Below the pieces are notes generated by a model, which had not been told where the DNA came from, made no database searches, and was given only the letters and a program-made list of their open reading frames with translations. 64,000 nt of DNA from Gracilinanus agilis. Taxonomy: Eukaryota. Numbering within the stretch: the first letter of the stretch is position 1; each line of letters opens with the position of its first letter. The stretch covers positions 648,301,885 to 648,365,884 of the forward strand of contig NC_058132.1 of assembly GCF_016433145.1 (NCBI RefSeq), in the 5' to 3' direction. Of this stretch, positions 35,701-47,700 are shown one piece after another. Made by a program: the position numbers and the translations under genes.

Positions 35701-38700
35701 AAGCTTTGATTCAGTGTGATTCAGCAAGTGTTTGGGGAACACGTACTACATGCAAGACACCCCCCGTGGAGCTCCTGGGGACCAGGCTTGGCTCTTCTTT
35801 GCATGCCCAGTGCTTGGCACAGTGCCTGGCACATAGTAGTGCTTCCCTGTTGACTGCCTGACAAGAGTCAAGACCAAAACCATCCCTGATTGACCCGATT
35901 GATGTCTACTGAAGGTTTGTGTGAGAAGGAATAGATACCAGCCCATCCAGTCGTGGAGGAATCTGAGAACCAGAGGCCAAGGCAGCTACACAGTCACCCA
36001 GCTGGGGGGAGGGGGAGAGGAGCAGAGACTAGCCCAGAACCCAGACCTACAGCTCCTGGTGCAGTGGAAGGAGCAAGTGCCCAGAGGCAAGGGATCCAGC
36101 CTCAGGCACATCCCAGCCAGTCCTGGGAAAGAACCCCAAGCTCCACAAGCCTCAGTTTCCTCACCTGCAAAATGGGGAGGTTGGACTTGTCACCTCTGAA
36201 GACATTTCCAGCCGTAAATATATGATCCTGACATCTGTGTAGAGCACTCCTCACTCTCCCCAACTGCCTCCCATTCAGTCAGCTCCCCCAAAACATTCCC
36301 TCGCGCTCAGAGTCCTCCCCAACTCTCCTCAGGATCTCATCTCCCCCAGGTAGCCAACACAGCTTCACCTGTTTGGCTTTTGTTTTGGTCTGCCCATAAC
36401 ACAAGGGCAGCACAAGGCTTTGGACCTACTAAGCACTTAATAAATAGTCAAGAGAGATGGAGACAGAGAGATGGATGGATGGGTGGATGAACAGATGGAC
36501 AGTTGGNNNNNNNNNNNNNNNNNNNNNNNNNNNNNNNNNNNNNNNNNNNNNNNNNNNNNNNNNNNNNNNNNNNNNNNNNNNNNNNNNNNNNNNNNNNNNN
36601 NNNNNNNNNNNNNNNNNNNNNNNNNNNNNNNNNNNNNNNNNNNNNNNNNNNNNNNNNNNNNNNNNNNNNNNNNNNNNNNNNNNNNNNNNNNNNAGGAGAC
36701 AGGCAGGCAGAAACAGACAGATAGATAGATACATAGATTCACAGACAGATGATAGATTGCTGTTCATCCTTTATTTCAAAGAGGCCCCAAGACATCACGG
36801 GGCAATGTCTTGACTCAAATTATGAATTAGATTTAAGTGAGACAAAGTGTTACGAAGCTGTCAGCCTCACTCTCTCTTCCGGGCATCAGAGTTCAGTGGC
36901 AAGACAAAAGCCAGGATGATCAGGGAAGGCCCAGGTTGCAGTGGCAGACCTTGGTGTCTTTGACATCTGACCAAGCTTTAAGTGCTTCGTGGTGTCCACT
37001 TCAGTCCCTTTTATGGCTCTTGGAACAAATTATTCTCATCTGCCCATCATGCTGGGGCTACTAGGTGGTGCATTGGATAGAGTACTAAGCCTAGAGTCAG
37101 GAAGACTCATTTTCCAGCATTCGAATGCTGTCTCAGACACTTAGCAACTGTGTGACCCTGGGCAAGTCATTTCATCCTCTTTGCCCTGGTTTCCTTATTG
37201 GTAAAATGGAGAAGGAAATGGCAAACCACTTAGGAATCTTTGCCAAGAAAACCCCAAATGGGGTCATGAAGAGTTGGACGTGACTGGGAAACGCTGAAGA
37301 ACAATGATATTTACAGGATGTCATACACTATGCCAGACAGATAAATGAGAGAGAGGGAGACAGAGGACATTTATTATGGGCTTGCCACGTAACAAGCCTC
37401 TGCTGAGAACGGTGGCGGTGACAAATGTGGGTGAACCAGACAGTCCGTCGCTCCCTTTAATGAGCTGCCCTTACAAGGAGAATGAAGGGGTGGCGGGGAG
37501 GGTGAGCTGCTGTTCAGGAGGTGGAGCTGGAAGTCAAGGGAGAGCGTCTGGGAGCTCTCATGAGCAGGCGGTCACCTCCTTAAGACCCTCACGGGCAGGA
37601 CTAAAATCGGGGTGCTGCCCCCTGCCACATTGCTGCTAGGCCAGCCGGTTGGGCATCTGTGCGCCCCTCTGGTTAGGGAGCCCAGTGGAGGAGCAAATGT
37701 CCCCCGGGCATCCCCTCCGCGCCATTCACACGGCCGCCCCGAGCTGGGTCAGCAGGCCACGGCACTCTGTGTGGCTCCCTTAGACAGAGAGCAGCCGAGC
37801 TTCCTGAGATGTGCCCAGAGGAAGGTCGTCCCTCTACCGGCTCCCCATGACATCTCTGTCATGCCAAGTCTGAGATGTATCACAGCTGAGCCCTCTCATC
37901 TTCACGTCATCCCAGAAGGGCAGATGAGAGAAATACCAGCCAGGGACATCGAGAGCGACTTGCCTCAGCTGCAGGACTCATCGAGGCCCCAGCGTAGATC
38001 TGGAACTTTCCACGGTGCCTCCCAGGGCTCCCCTGTCACCAGGGTTCACAGAAATGTCCACGTGTCCACAGCCACACCCAGCCCTTCACGCCTGTGCACT
38101 TGGGGGAGTGCTGGCGTGCCTATCCATTAAAAGCATGGCATGGGGAGCCCCATTTGTTCATTATAAGAAGTTCTTGTGGTTTCCAGGGAATCAATTTGCC
38201 TGCGATGGTGGCAGCCTCTGCGTCATCCCGTGTTTTGTAAGCCCCTGAACTAGTCCAGGCACGTACGAGGCAAGCCCAGGAGATCCAACGTGTGCCAAAG
38301 GACTCGGGCGGGCACGTGCCCTTTCTCAAAATATTTCTCAACTGAACACCTGTTAGGAACCAAAAGCTTGTACCACCAGGCGGGGCTCCTGGGATTCAGA
38401 ACAAAAAGGGACCTTCATCGTCGTCATCTCCCCATTTTACAGAAGGGGGAAATGAGGCACTGAGAGAGAGGGACTTGCACCAGGGTCCAAAGATAATAAC
38501 TGATAGAGGAAGGAAGATGGCCACACTTCCCAGTTCAGTTATGTGTCAGCAGGAAACCTCAGAGGGCTCCTAAATGTGAGCCAGGAGGCTCCGAGAGGGA
38601 GCCTGAGTGGTTCCCAGGCACACAGGGACTGAGCAGCCTATTGGACACTTGTCACGCTGCTTGATATGGTGGGTTCCCTCTCCTTATACTCCTGCCTCAT

Positions 38701-41700
38701 CTTCCCAGGAAGACCATCAAGCCCCGGTGGCCAGGGGCCATGACTGCTCCTGCTTCAATGTCCCTGGCCTGGAAATATGGCGGCTGGTTTCCTTCCCCCG
38801 TGAGGCCAGGCCTCTTGCCATCCTTCAGCCACCTCTGACTCTGAGAGAGAGCCTCTCGTTCTACCCTCCTTCCCAGTCATGGTTTCTTGAACTCTGTCCC
38901 CTGGACAGTTAGTTATGGCCCAGATGTGAGAAGGCAAAGGATGGTCCAATGAGCACCTGGGCTCCAGGGGCAGACCTCTGAGATGGGGCCGTGCCTGTCT
39001 ACAGAGAAGGGCCCCAGGAGCCCAGGTCCAGCCTACCTGAGATGCCAGAGCGCAGTCATCGTCAGGCAGCGCACAGGGGACACCAGAGAGTCCAGCGGCT
39101 CCATCTTGAGGATTGCCTGCCCAAGACACACAATGATGACGACGATGATGATGACAATGATAATGGCTGGCACAGCGGCCCTTTAATATTTGCAAAGAGT
39201 GATTTACACTATTTCACTGGAGTCTCCCAAAAGTCCCATAAAGTCAGTGCTATTATTATCCCCATTTTATGGGTGAGGAAACTGAGTTTGCCAAGTCATC
39301 CAGTTAGACTGATGGCAAAGGACGTGGGTCTGAAGCTGTAAGAGGCCTTAAAGTCAGTGTCCAACTCCCTCAGAATGAGGCTTAAAGTATGCAAAGGACT
39401 TCTCCAGGGTCACATAGTCAGCACCCCCTACATGCCAAACACTCTGCAAGTACAAAGAATGAAGCGCTCCCCAGTCACAGCGCACAACTGAGGGGTTTCA
39501 CCTCCTGTCTTCTGTGATGCCATCCAAGGCTCTAACCATCGCGGGGCACCATCTCTCCAGCTAAAACTGACGATCAGCCTGGCAACTTGGCCCAAGAGTT
39601 AGCCCAGCTTGTTTTCCAGAGCTCATCCAACCCTTCTACTTTGGTCAATGCGGCCACCCAGACCGGAGTCTCCATAGCACCCCCATCCCAGACGAGCCCC
39701 CAGAAAGAGACCGCTCCAAGGCAGTCCGCTCCTGCTTCCCATGATGCACAAAATAAAATACGTAGGATTACAAAAGAAACCGATCCATGGCAACACAGCC
39801 ACTGTAAGTAAGGTCAGACTCCCTGCAGTCTAGATCACTCCTTCAGCCTGATAAGGAAAAGATTGTCATCCATCTCAGCCCTATTCTCAGCTCACTCTCC
39901 ATCACTCTTGTCCATGTGTCTATGTGCGCATCTGTCTCTTGTCTCTCTGTCTCTATCTCTGTGTATGGGTTTCCCCTTGGCCTCCCTNNNNNNNNNNNNN
40001 NNNNNNNNNNNNNNNNNNNNNNNNNNNNNNNNNNNNNNNNNNNNNNNNNNNNNNNNNNNNNNNNNNNNNNNNNNNNNNNNNNNNNNNNNNNNNNNNNNNN
40101 NNNNNNNNNNNNNNNNNNNNNNNNNNNNNNNNNNNNNNNNNNNNNNNNNNNNNNNNNNNNCATCCATGTCNNNNNNNNNNNNNNNNNNNNNNNNNNNNNN
40201 NNNNNNNNNNNNNNNNNNNNNNNNNNNNNNNNNNNNNNNNNNNNNNNNNNNNNNNNNNNNNNNNNNNNNNNNNNNNNNNNNNNNNNNNNNNNNNNNNNNN
40301 NNNNNNNNNNNNNNNNNNNNNNNNNNNNNNNNNNNNNNNNNNNNNNNNNNNNNNNNNNNNNNNNNNNNNNGATGATTGAGTCCAGTGCCCCAGTCCCTGC
40401 TCCTGAAGGGCCCTGAGCAGAATCCAGTGGCTCCAGAGATAGGGTCCTCCCTGCAGCCAGGCTGTAAAGTGACCAGGCCCCCAGGGCACCCCAAGAAGGT
40501 CTCCCAGGCCCCCAAAGTGAGGCAAAGTCCCCCCCCCTCCCAACTCACAATGAGGTTGGTGGTGAGCTCGGGCTTGCAGATATAATCAAAGTCTGCCTTG
40601 CCCAAGCCCTGGAGGGCCAGGCAGATCTGGATAATGCTCTGGATGAAGGCCATCTTCAGAGAAACGTCCTGTGTCCACACAGATGAGGCAGGAGTCACAG
40701 CCCAAAAGAGAAAGGAAGCCGTGTTCATGCTGTTAGACCACCCAGAGGTCCTCCCAATACGGGGCCCCTGGTTTCTCGCTCTGAAGAGGGAAGCTCCATG
40801 GAGCAGCTGGAGGGCAGGGGAGACCCCCTGTGGCCTGCCCACATGTTCTCCTCAGCCACCCTCATGGCCCTGAGCCTCCCCTTTCCAGAGGCCAGGGATC
40901 CCAGGCCCTGCAAGGGTCACCTGGCAGCTGGTGGCATAGTGATGCAGGACCTTCTTGGTGATCTCCCTCTCCACGCGGGGCAGGAGCATCTTCGGATGGC
41001 AGTAGGCAGCCACGCTGCTGTACATCACCATGAGGGCACTCTTCACCACCTCCCTCCGCCAGGGGTGGTCACTCTGAAGGTGAGCAAAGGTCTGAGAGTG
41101 CTCAAGGCCCTCAAGTCCAGCCCCTTCACTTTACCAAGAAAGAGACTGAGGCCCAGGTTACCCTGCTCATCAGCACCCTGGGGCACCTCATAGCCCTTGA
41201 TGCCTAGCTGACTCTCCATGATTCTCCATAAACTGGTCTTGTGCCCTATGACTCCTCCATGCCATTCCCTCTCACTGCCATGCCTGGAATGCTCTCTCTG
41301 ACTTGTGGAATTCCGAGCTCTCTTCCAGCTCAGCTGAGGAGCCCCGATTCCCCCTGACCCTCTCTTGTCCCCCAACCAAGTGTTGCATCTCAAAGACCTT
41401 TAGCTTCTCCTTTTCCAGTGTAGTTCAGTACAAAGAACCCTGGGCTGGGCTAGGAGGGCCTGGCTGCAGATGTCGCCTCTTTCTTGATCAACAGTGGGAC
41501 CTTAGGGGAGTCCCTGAAACTTCTCTAGCCCCCATTCTCCTTAGAAGCCAATAGATAAGATGGCCACTGAGGTCCCTTCCAACAGTAAGCTTAGAATTCT
41601 TTATCGTCCATCCCCACCCCCTCCCAGCAGAATATAGACCAGTCCCTGAAGACAGAGGGGATCCTTCATTTCTTTCAGTATGGATATGCAGCAGGTGCTC

Positions 41701-44700
41701 CAATACTGATTGTTGCAATTAATTAAATTAGTAGTTTGGCTCACTAATGGCATGAAATAGTGAGTAGGAAAAGTCTCCCTGAAGGAAAGGGTACAGGAGC
41801 ACATAAGCAGAAATTCCATTTCCATGCTAAGGATCCTGAAAGGATCTCCCTTCCCATCTCTGCCCCAATCCCTTATCCCAAGAGTCATCGAGTCTGACAG
41901 TGGGGAGGAATTTCAGCAGCCAGCTGCACCCTTTATTCTGCAGATGAGCAAAGCAAGGTGCAGAAGAGAGCAGGGGCAGAACCTCCCTCTGGCTTCTAAC
42001 TAGACNNNNNNNNNNNNNNNNNNNNNNNNNNNNNNNNNNNNNNNNNNNNNNNNNNNNNNNNNNNNNNNNNNNNNNNNNNNNNNNNNNNNNNNNNNNNNNN
42101 NNNNNNNNNNNNNNNNNNNNNNNNNNNNNNNNNNNNNNNNNNNNNNNNNNNNNNNNNNNNNNNNNNNNNNNNNNNNNNNNNNNNNNNNNNNNNNNNNNNN
42201 NNNNNNNNNNNNNNNNNNNNNNNNNNNNNNNNNNNNNNNNNNNNNNNNNNNNNNNNNNNNNNNNNNNNNNNNNNNNNNNNNNNNNNNNNNNNNNNNNNNN
42301 NNNNNNNNNNNNNNNNNNNNNNNNNNNNNNNNNNNNNNNNNNNNNNNNNNNNNNNNNNNNNNNNNNNNNNNNNNNNNNNNNNNNNNNNNNNNNNNNNNNC
42401 ATTCATCCCAGTCCATTGGAGTCAAGCCCTGCCTCCCACCCATGGACAGAGAGGGATCCCTCACCCTCCAGGCACTAATGTGCCAGGAATCCTCCGTCTC
42501 TTGAATTTTCTCTTCAAACTCATGGAGCACGTTGAGCACAGTGACCACTTGACCCCTGGCACAGAGGCCCAGGCAAAGGATTGCTCCCTAGAAAGGGAGA
42601 CAAGGATGGGGCAAGATGGACAAAAGGCAGAGCAGGACAACACGGGTCACCCCCCACCCCCGGCCTGGCTGGCAGGGAGCCTGACCGTCTTTCCCCCACT
42701 AAGGCAAGCAGATTGCCAGCTCCCCAGAGGAATCCGAGAAGCCCCTCCCCACCACCAAATGGCAGCAGCGGCCCTTGCGTCGTCCCCCCGGCTCCCCCAT
42801 CTCTGGGCCAGAATCCCCACCACAGCACACTCCGAAGTCGGGGGATCTTCTCCCTCTGGTGCCTCGTGGTCGCTGGGGCAGTCAGCTTATGGAAGCCCAC
42901 AGACTCACCTTTCTCGGAATCGTGGTTTTACCTACATGGCGTAAGCTAGAGGGGACTCCCAAGGAAGCCAATCTTACTGAACTACAGTTATCGGCAGTTC
43001 TCAAGGAAGTCCAGACACCCCCAGGAAGAACTCTGTGGGCCAAAGACCTCCCCAGGAGAAGCTCTTGCCTCCTGAGGCAGCCTGTCCCACGGTGGAACAG
43101 CTCACACTGTTAACAAGATCTTGCTGCCACCACTCGGTCCATCTCTTTCCAGCTTTCCCCCATCCATTCCAGACCCCCAGCGGGCTCCAAACGGAACAAA
43201 TGGAGCACCTCTTCTACTGAACACCCGCCACTGGGGGCCCTCACGAGGCCTGGACTCCAGCCCTTCTCTGTCCGGCTCTCAGGCCCTGAGCTCTGTAAGG
43301 CCACTGAAGACAGCCGGGCAATGGCAGGGAGAAGCCAGCCAGGCAGGGCCTCACCTCTCGGTCAAAGTCGTTGCTGTAATCAGTTTTGTGCAGGAGCTCC
43401 ATGAGCTGGGCCTCCACCTTGTCAGCCTCCTGCCCCACTGCCAGCGTGGAGCCCAGCGCCCGGTACAGGAAGGCCTGGAAAGAGGCCCAGAAGAGGAAGG
43501 GGACCCTTCAATCTGGCCCAGCGAGGACCCTCCGGCATCCCCTAAGGATCCCACCCAGAGCCTCACAATTCCCGGCCCTTAAAGCAGGCACAGACAAAGA
43601 AAGGGAGCCTGGGGATCCCCACAGACAAAGAAAGGGAGCCTGAGGAAAAGCCCGGACTTGGACCCGCAGCCCAGGGCTCTGCCCCATCCTAGTCTGGCTG
43701 GCGACCAGGCCTCATTCCAGATGCCTGACCCTCCCCACAGAGGAGACATCCAAGGACCTGAGTTTGAATCTCAGTGGGGCTGTGATGACATGACCCTGCC
43801 CTCACCTCAATGAGCCTCAGTTTCTCCACCTATAAAATGAGAGGCTCGAACTAAATGGCCTCTTCAAGCTGCAGCTCAATGATCCTAGAAGAAGCTTCTC
43901 ATATCATTCTTATTAGATAGATGAGGAAACTGAGGCCCTAGAGAGGGCCAGAGGCTTGCCTCAGGTCACACAGGGAACGAGTTAGGGACAGTGTTCTGCT
44001 CCCTCCTCTGCAGATGGGCCCCCATCCGTCGTTCACCCTTGCTACCGCTCATCACCGGGGCCTCTTTGGTGGGAACGCAGCCGACTCTCCGAGCCAAAGA
44101 GGCCTTTCGTGGCCAGGGAGGCCGGAAAGCCCATCGTCCACCCCGTGTAGACACTCATCACCACCAACACTCTGGAGGCGGGCAGAGGAGTCCCTTCTCG
44201 GAGGACCCACCTTCTCCACAGAGGGGCTCTCGTAGCTGACGATCTGGTGGTTCAGCTCCCGGCTCAGCCTCAGGCTCCAGGGGGTGCCCTGCGTCCTCTT
44301 GAGGGAGTTTCTCAGAAACTAGACGGGACAGAGAGCCCGGCAGTCCGGCTGGTGGCCAGGACTTGGGAAGAGGGAAGGAGATCGCCCCCTGCGGCCCTCC
44401 CAGCTCTGCCACAGCCAGATTGTGATTCCACGGGCCTCGGTAATCTCAGCACGGAGACTCCCTCCACCAATGCCCATGGATCAGGGCTGCTCTGACTCTT
44501 AGCGGAGATGCGGGGCCCTGAGCCACTTGGCCCAGACGCAGGATCAAGGCCTCAGAGAAGGGGCCTCCAAAGTAGTGTGGCCTGAGATGAGGGACCTCAG
44601 ACAGGCTCCCTAGGCCCCCCTACAGGGCCCTCTGCTCAGTGCCCCCCAGGCAGAACAGCAATAAAGATGACAGCTGAAGGCACCAGTACCCAGCACCCTG

Positions 44701-47700
44701 AGGTGCTAAAGCCTTCAGGCCATTATCCATGGGGGCAGCTGGCCTCCAGGGGCTCCTTCCTGCAGAGGAGGGGAATGAGCTCCCCAAAAGTGGGATGATG
44801 GGGGCATTCGCACCCTGGGCTCTCCAACACCCACCAGACCCCACCAGAAGGGGCTTCCTTCTCCTTCCAACAGAATCACAAGGCAGGGACCCCAAGGTCC
44901 TCTCTGCCAGGTACTGGAAAGAGCTCTGGAGGCAGGAGTCCTGGGTTCCAGTCCCAACCCCAGCCCTGCCCAGCCGACTACCTGGATCAGTTTGTCCTCC
45001 CAGATCTTCTGATTCCACGTGTACTGTGTATGTTCTGCAGAGGGAAAGGGCAAGGCTGAGGTGGGGGTGGCCTGGAGGCTCCCCCAGCGGCAGGTCCTGG
45101 CTTGCCGGCCAGCCTCAGCCCCTCCTGGTTGGGTGCCCCCGCCTCTCTTCTGTCTGGGAGCCATTCAGACAGCAAAGGGAATGTGCCCAAGTCCCAGAGC
45201 AGGAGGGAGGTCCAGCACTGTCCCCACTTTACAGAGGGGGAAACTGAGGCTCCTCAGAGCTGGAGAGCCCCGTGACCAGCCCCTTCCACAGTGGCTCAGA
45301 GAGGTCCCAAGGATCAGAGGCAGAACCCAGGAGGAGGAGGACAATAGCCACACAGCAGCAGACACGGAGTTCCCAGCACAGAGCATTGGAGAACCCATCC
45401 AGGATTCTCTCTAGCTCCCCTCCAGGCCATCACCTCCAGACCCTTCCCATCCCCCATGAGAAGGGCCCTCAGACCCCCAGGGTTCCCCCAGGCCTCCGTA
45501 CAGCAGCTCTTCATCTTCCTCCAGGGCCCAGGCAACCGCCTTCTTGCTGTTCCTCACCTGGGCCCCTTCATCCTAGCCTATGCGCTTTTGCACAGTGCCC
45601 CGGCCCAGAATGCTCTGCAGCTTCCCCTTCACCCCTGTCTCTAGGGTCTTTCTGGCCCCCAGGGCTGCGCTGCCCTCCCCCCCCCCAATTTCCTCCTGGG
45701 CATTTGCTTTGGATCTAGGCAGGCTGATGAGCATTTATTTTTTAACCCCTTACCTTCTGTCTCAGAATCAATACCGTGTATTGGTTCCAAGGCAGAAGAG
45801 CAGCAAGGATGGGAGTTAAGTGACTTGTCCAGGGTCACCCAGCTAAGAAGTGTCAGGAATTGAACCTAAGTCGTCCAGTCTCTAGTCCTGGCTCTCAATC
45901 CACTGAGTCACCCAGCTGCCCCCTCGACAAGCATTTATGAAGCGCCCACCTGTGCCTGGCCCACAGGACATGATTCACTGACTCCCGCGGGGGAGTGGCA
46001 CCATCCGCACCCAGGGCCCCCCTGCCAGACACCCCCGAGGCCACTGGCCAATAGCAGACCCGCTTCCCGGGCCTTACCTTCCAGGTACTGGATCAGAAGA
46101 GGAATCTCCACGTCCCAGAGGTCCGCCATGGTGGGGGCGATACTCTGGTGCAGGGTCTTGAGGAGGTGGAGCATGGCCACCCCGCGCCCCTCCCCTTTGT
46201 AAGGGGCCGAGAGAAGCACCTGCAGGAGGGGAGGAGGGGGGCCGTGAGAGACAGCTCGGCCTGGCAGCGGGAGACACGGGGCCAGGAGGGCGGAATGGCA
46301 CGCGGGGGTGGGGCGGGGGGGATTACGCGGGGCACCAGAAGTCACACGAGCGAGTCAGGCCCCTCACAGAGCCCAGCAATGGTGAGCATGAGCACTCCCA
46401 AGGCGGGGTCTGTGTCTCGGCCCCTCCTCCCCCAGCAGCATCCGGCAGGACCCTCCCTCGTGGCCATTGTCGGGGCTCCCCAGCAGGGCCACCTACTCAC
46501 CAGGAGCCGGGCCAGCAGCCTCTGCGGAGCCGGGAGTTCCACTGCAAAGAGAACGAGCAGGGCTCAGGGGGCGGCCGCTCCAGGAACGTGGCTCGGGGGC
46601 TCCTCGAGGGGGGCCCGAGGCAGACCGACCTGTTCTACGGGGCCACCATAGAGTCCAAACAAAAGAGGCCAGCCAGGGAGGGCGAGAGCGGGCGGATGAG
46701 CGCCAGGGAAGGGTTCAGCCAGCGATCTCCAAGCACTCATTAAGCCGGGTACTGTGCTCTCCTTTCAGGCCTGGCTGACTCTTAGTGACCCACCCCCCCC
46801 CTTGGGGGAGGGGAGGTTCTTGACCAGATACGACAGTGATTGGCCATTTGCTCCTCCAGCTCATTTGACAGATGGAGAAACTGAGGCCAACAGGATGGCG
46901 CGACTTGCCCAGGGTCACCCAGCTAAGAAGTGTCTGAGGCCGAATTTGAACTCTGGAAAATGAGCCTTTCTCTCTTCAGGCCTGGCGCTCTGCCCACTGC
47001 AGCTGCCCAGCTGCCCCAGGCACTGTGCCAGGCATTGGGAATATGCATTCAACCAATCAAACCAGCCCTGCTCACAAGAGGCTTCCGCTCTAATGGGAAA
47101 GCTAAGTATGCGGAGTACAAATAGAACTAAGTAAAAAGGGATTAAACAAGAGAGTTTGGGAGGGAGGGAGGGAGGGAGGGAGGGAGGGCATTACTTGTGG
47201 GACTCCAGATAGCCTTTACATAGAAGGTGGTACCTGAGCTGGGTCTCAAAGGAAGGGGAGAGCCAGAGGCAGAAGCAAAGAGGGAGAGCAGCCCAGGCAT
47301 GGGAGGTAAGCAGTGGGAAATGGGGAGTCATATACGAAGAACAGAGAGAAGGACAGTTTGGTTGAATCCCAGGAGACAGAGGGGGAAATGATGTCCAATG
47401 AGTCTGCAGAAGTAGGGTTGGAGGGGGTAGCTGGGTAGCTCAGTGGAGTGAGAGTCAGGCCTAGAGACAGGAGGTCCTGGGTTCAAACCTGGCCTCAGCC
47501 ACTTCCCAGCTGTGTGACCCTGGGCAAGTCACTTGACCCCCATTGCCCACCCTTACCAATCTTCCACCTATGAGACAATACACCGAAGTACAAGGGTTTA
47601 AAAAAAAAAAAAAGAAGTAGGGTTGGAGGCAGTTTGTGAAAGCTTTTAAAAGGAGGAGTTTCTATTTTCTATATCCCACCCACGGGATAGAGGAGATTGG

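Noticed and set aside
19954-46778. Many 100-270 aa ORFs in the ORF track (e.g. 24899-25699, 37612-38130, 42480-42944, 44729-45247)
   Set aside because: They are antisense or off-frame shadows of GC-rich exons and introns, low-complexity Pro/Gly/Ser peptides with no domains.
47423-47500. tRNA gene
   Set aside because: tRNA-derived SINE head continuing into a CORE body, poly(A) tail and TSD.
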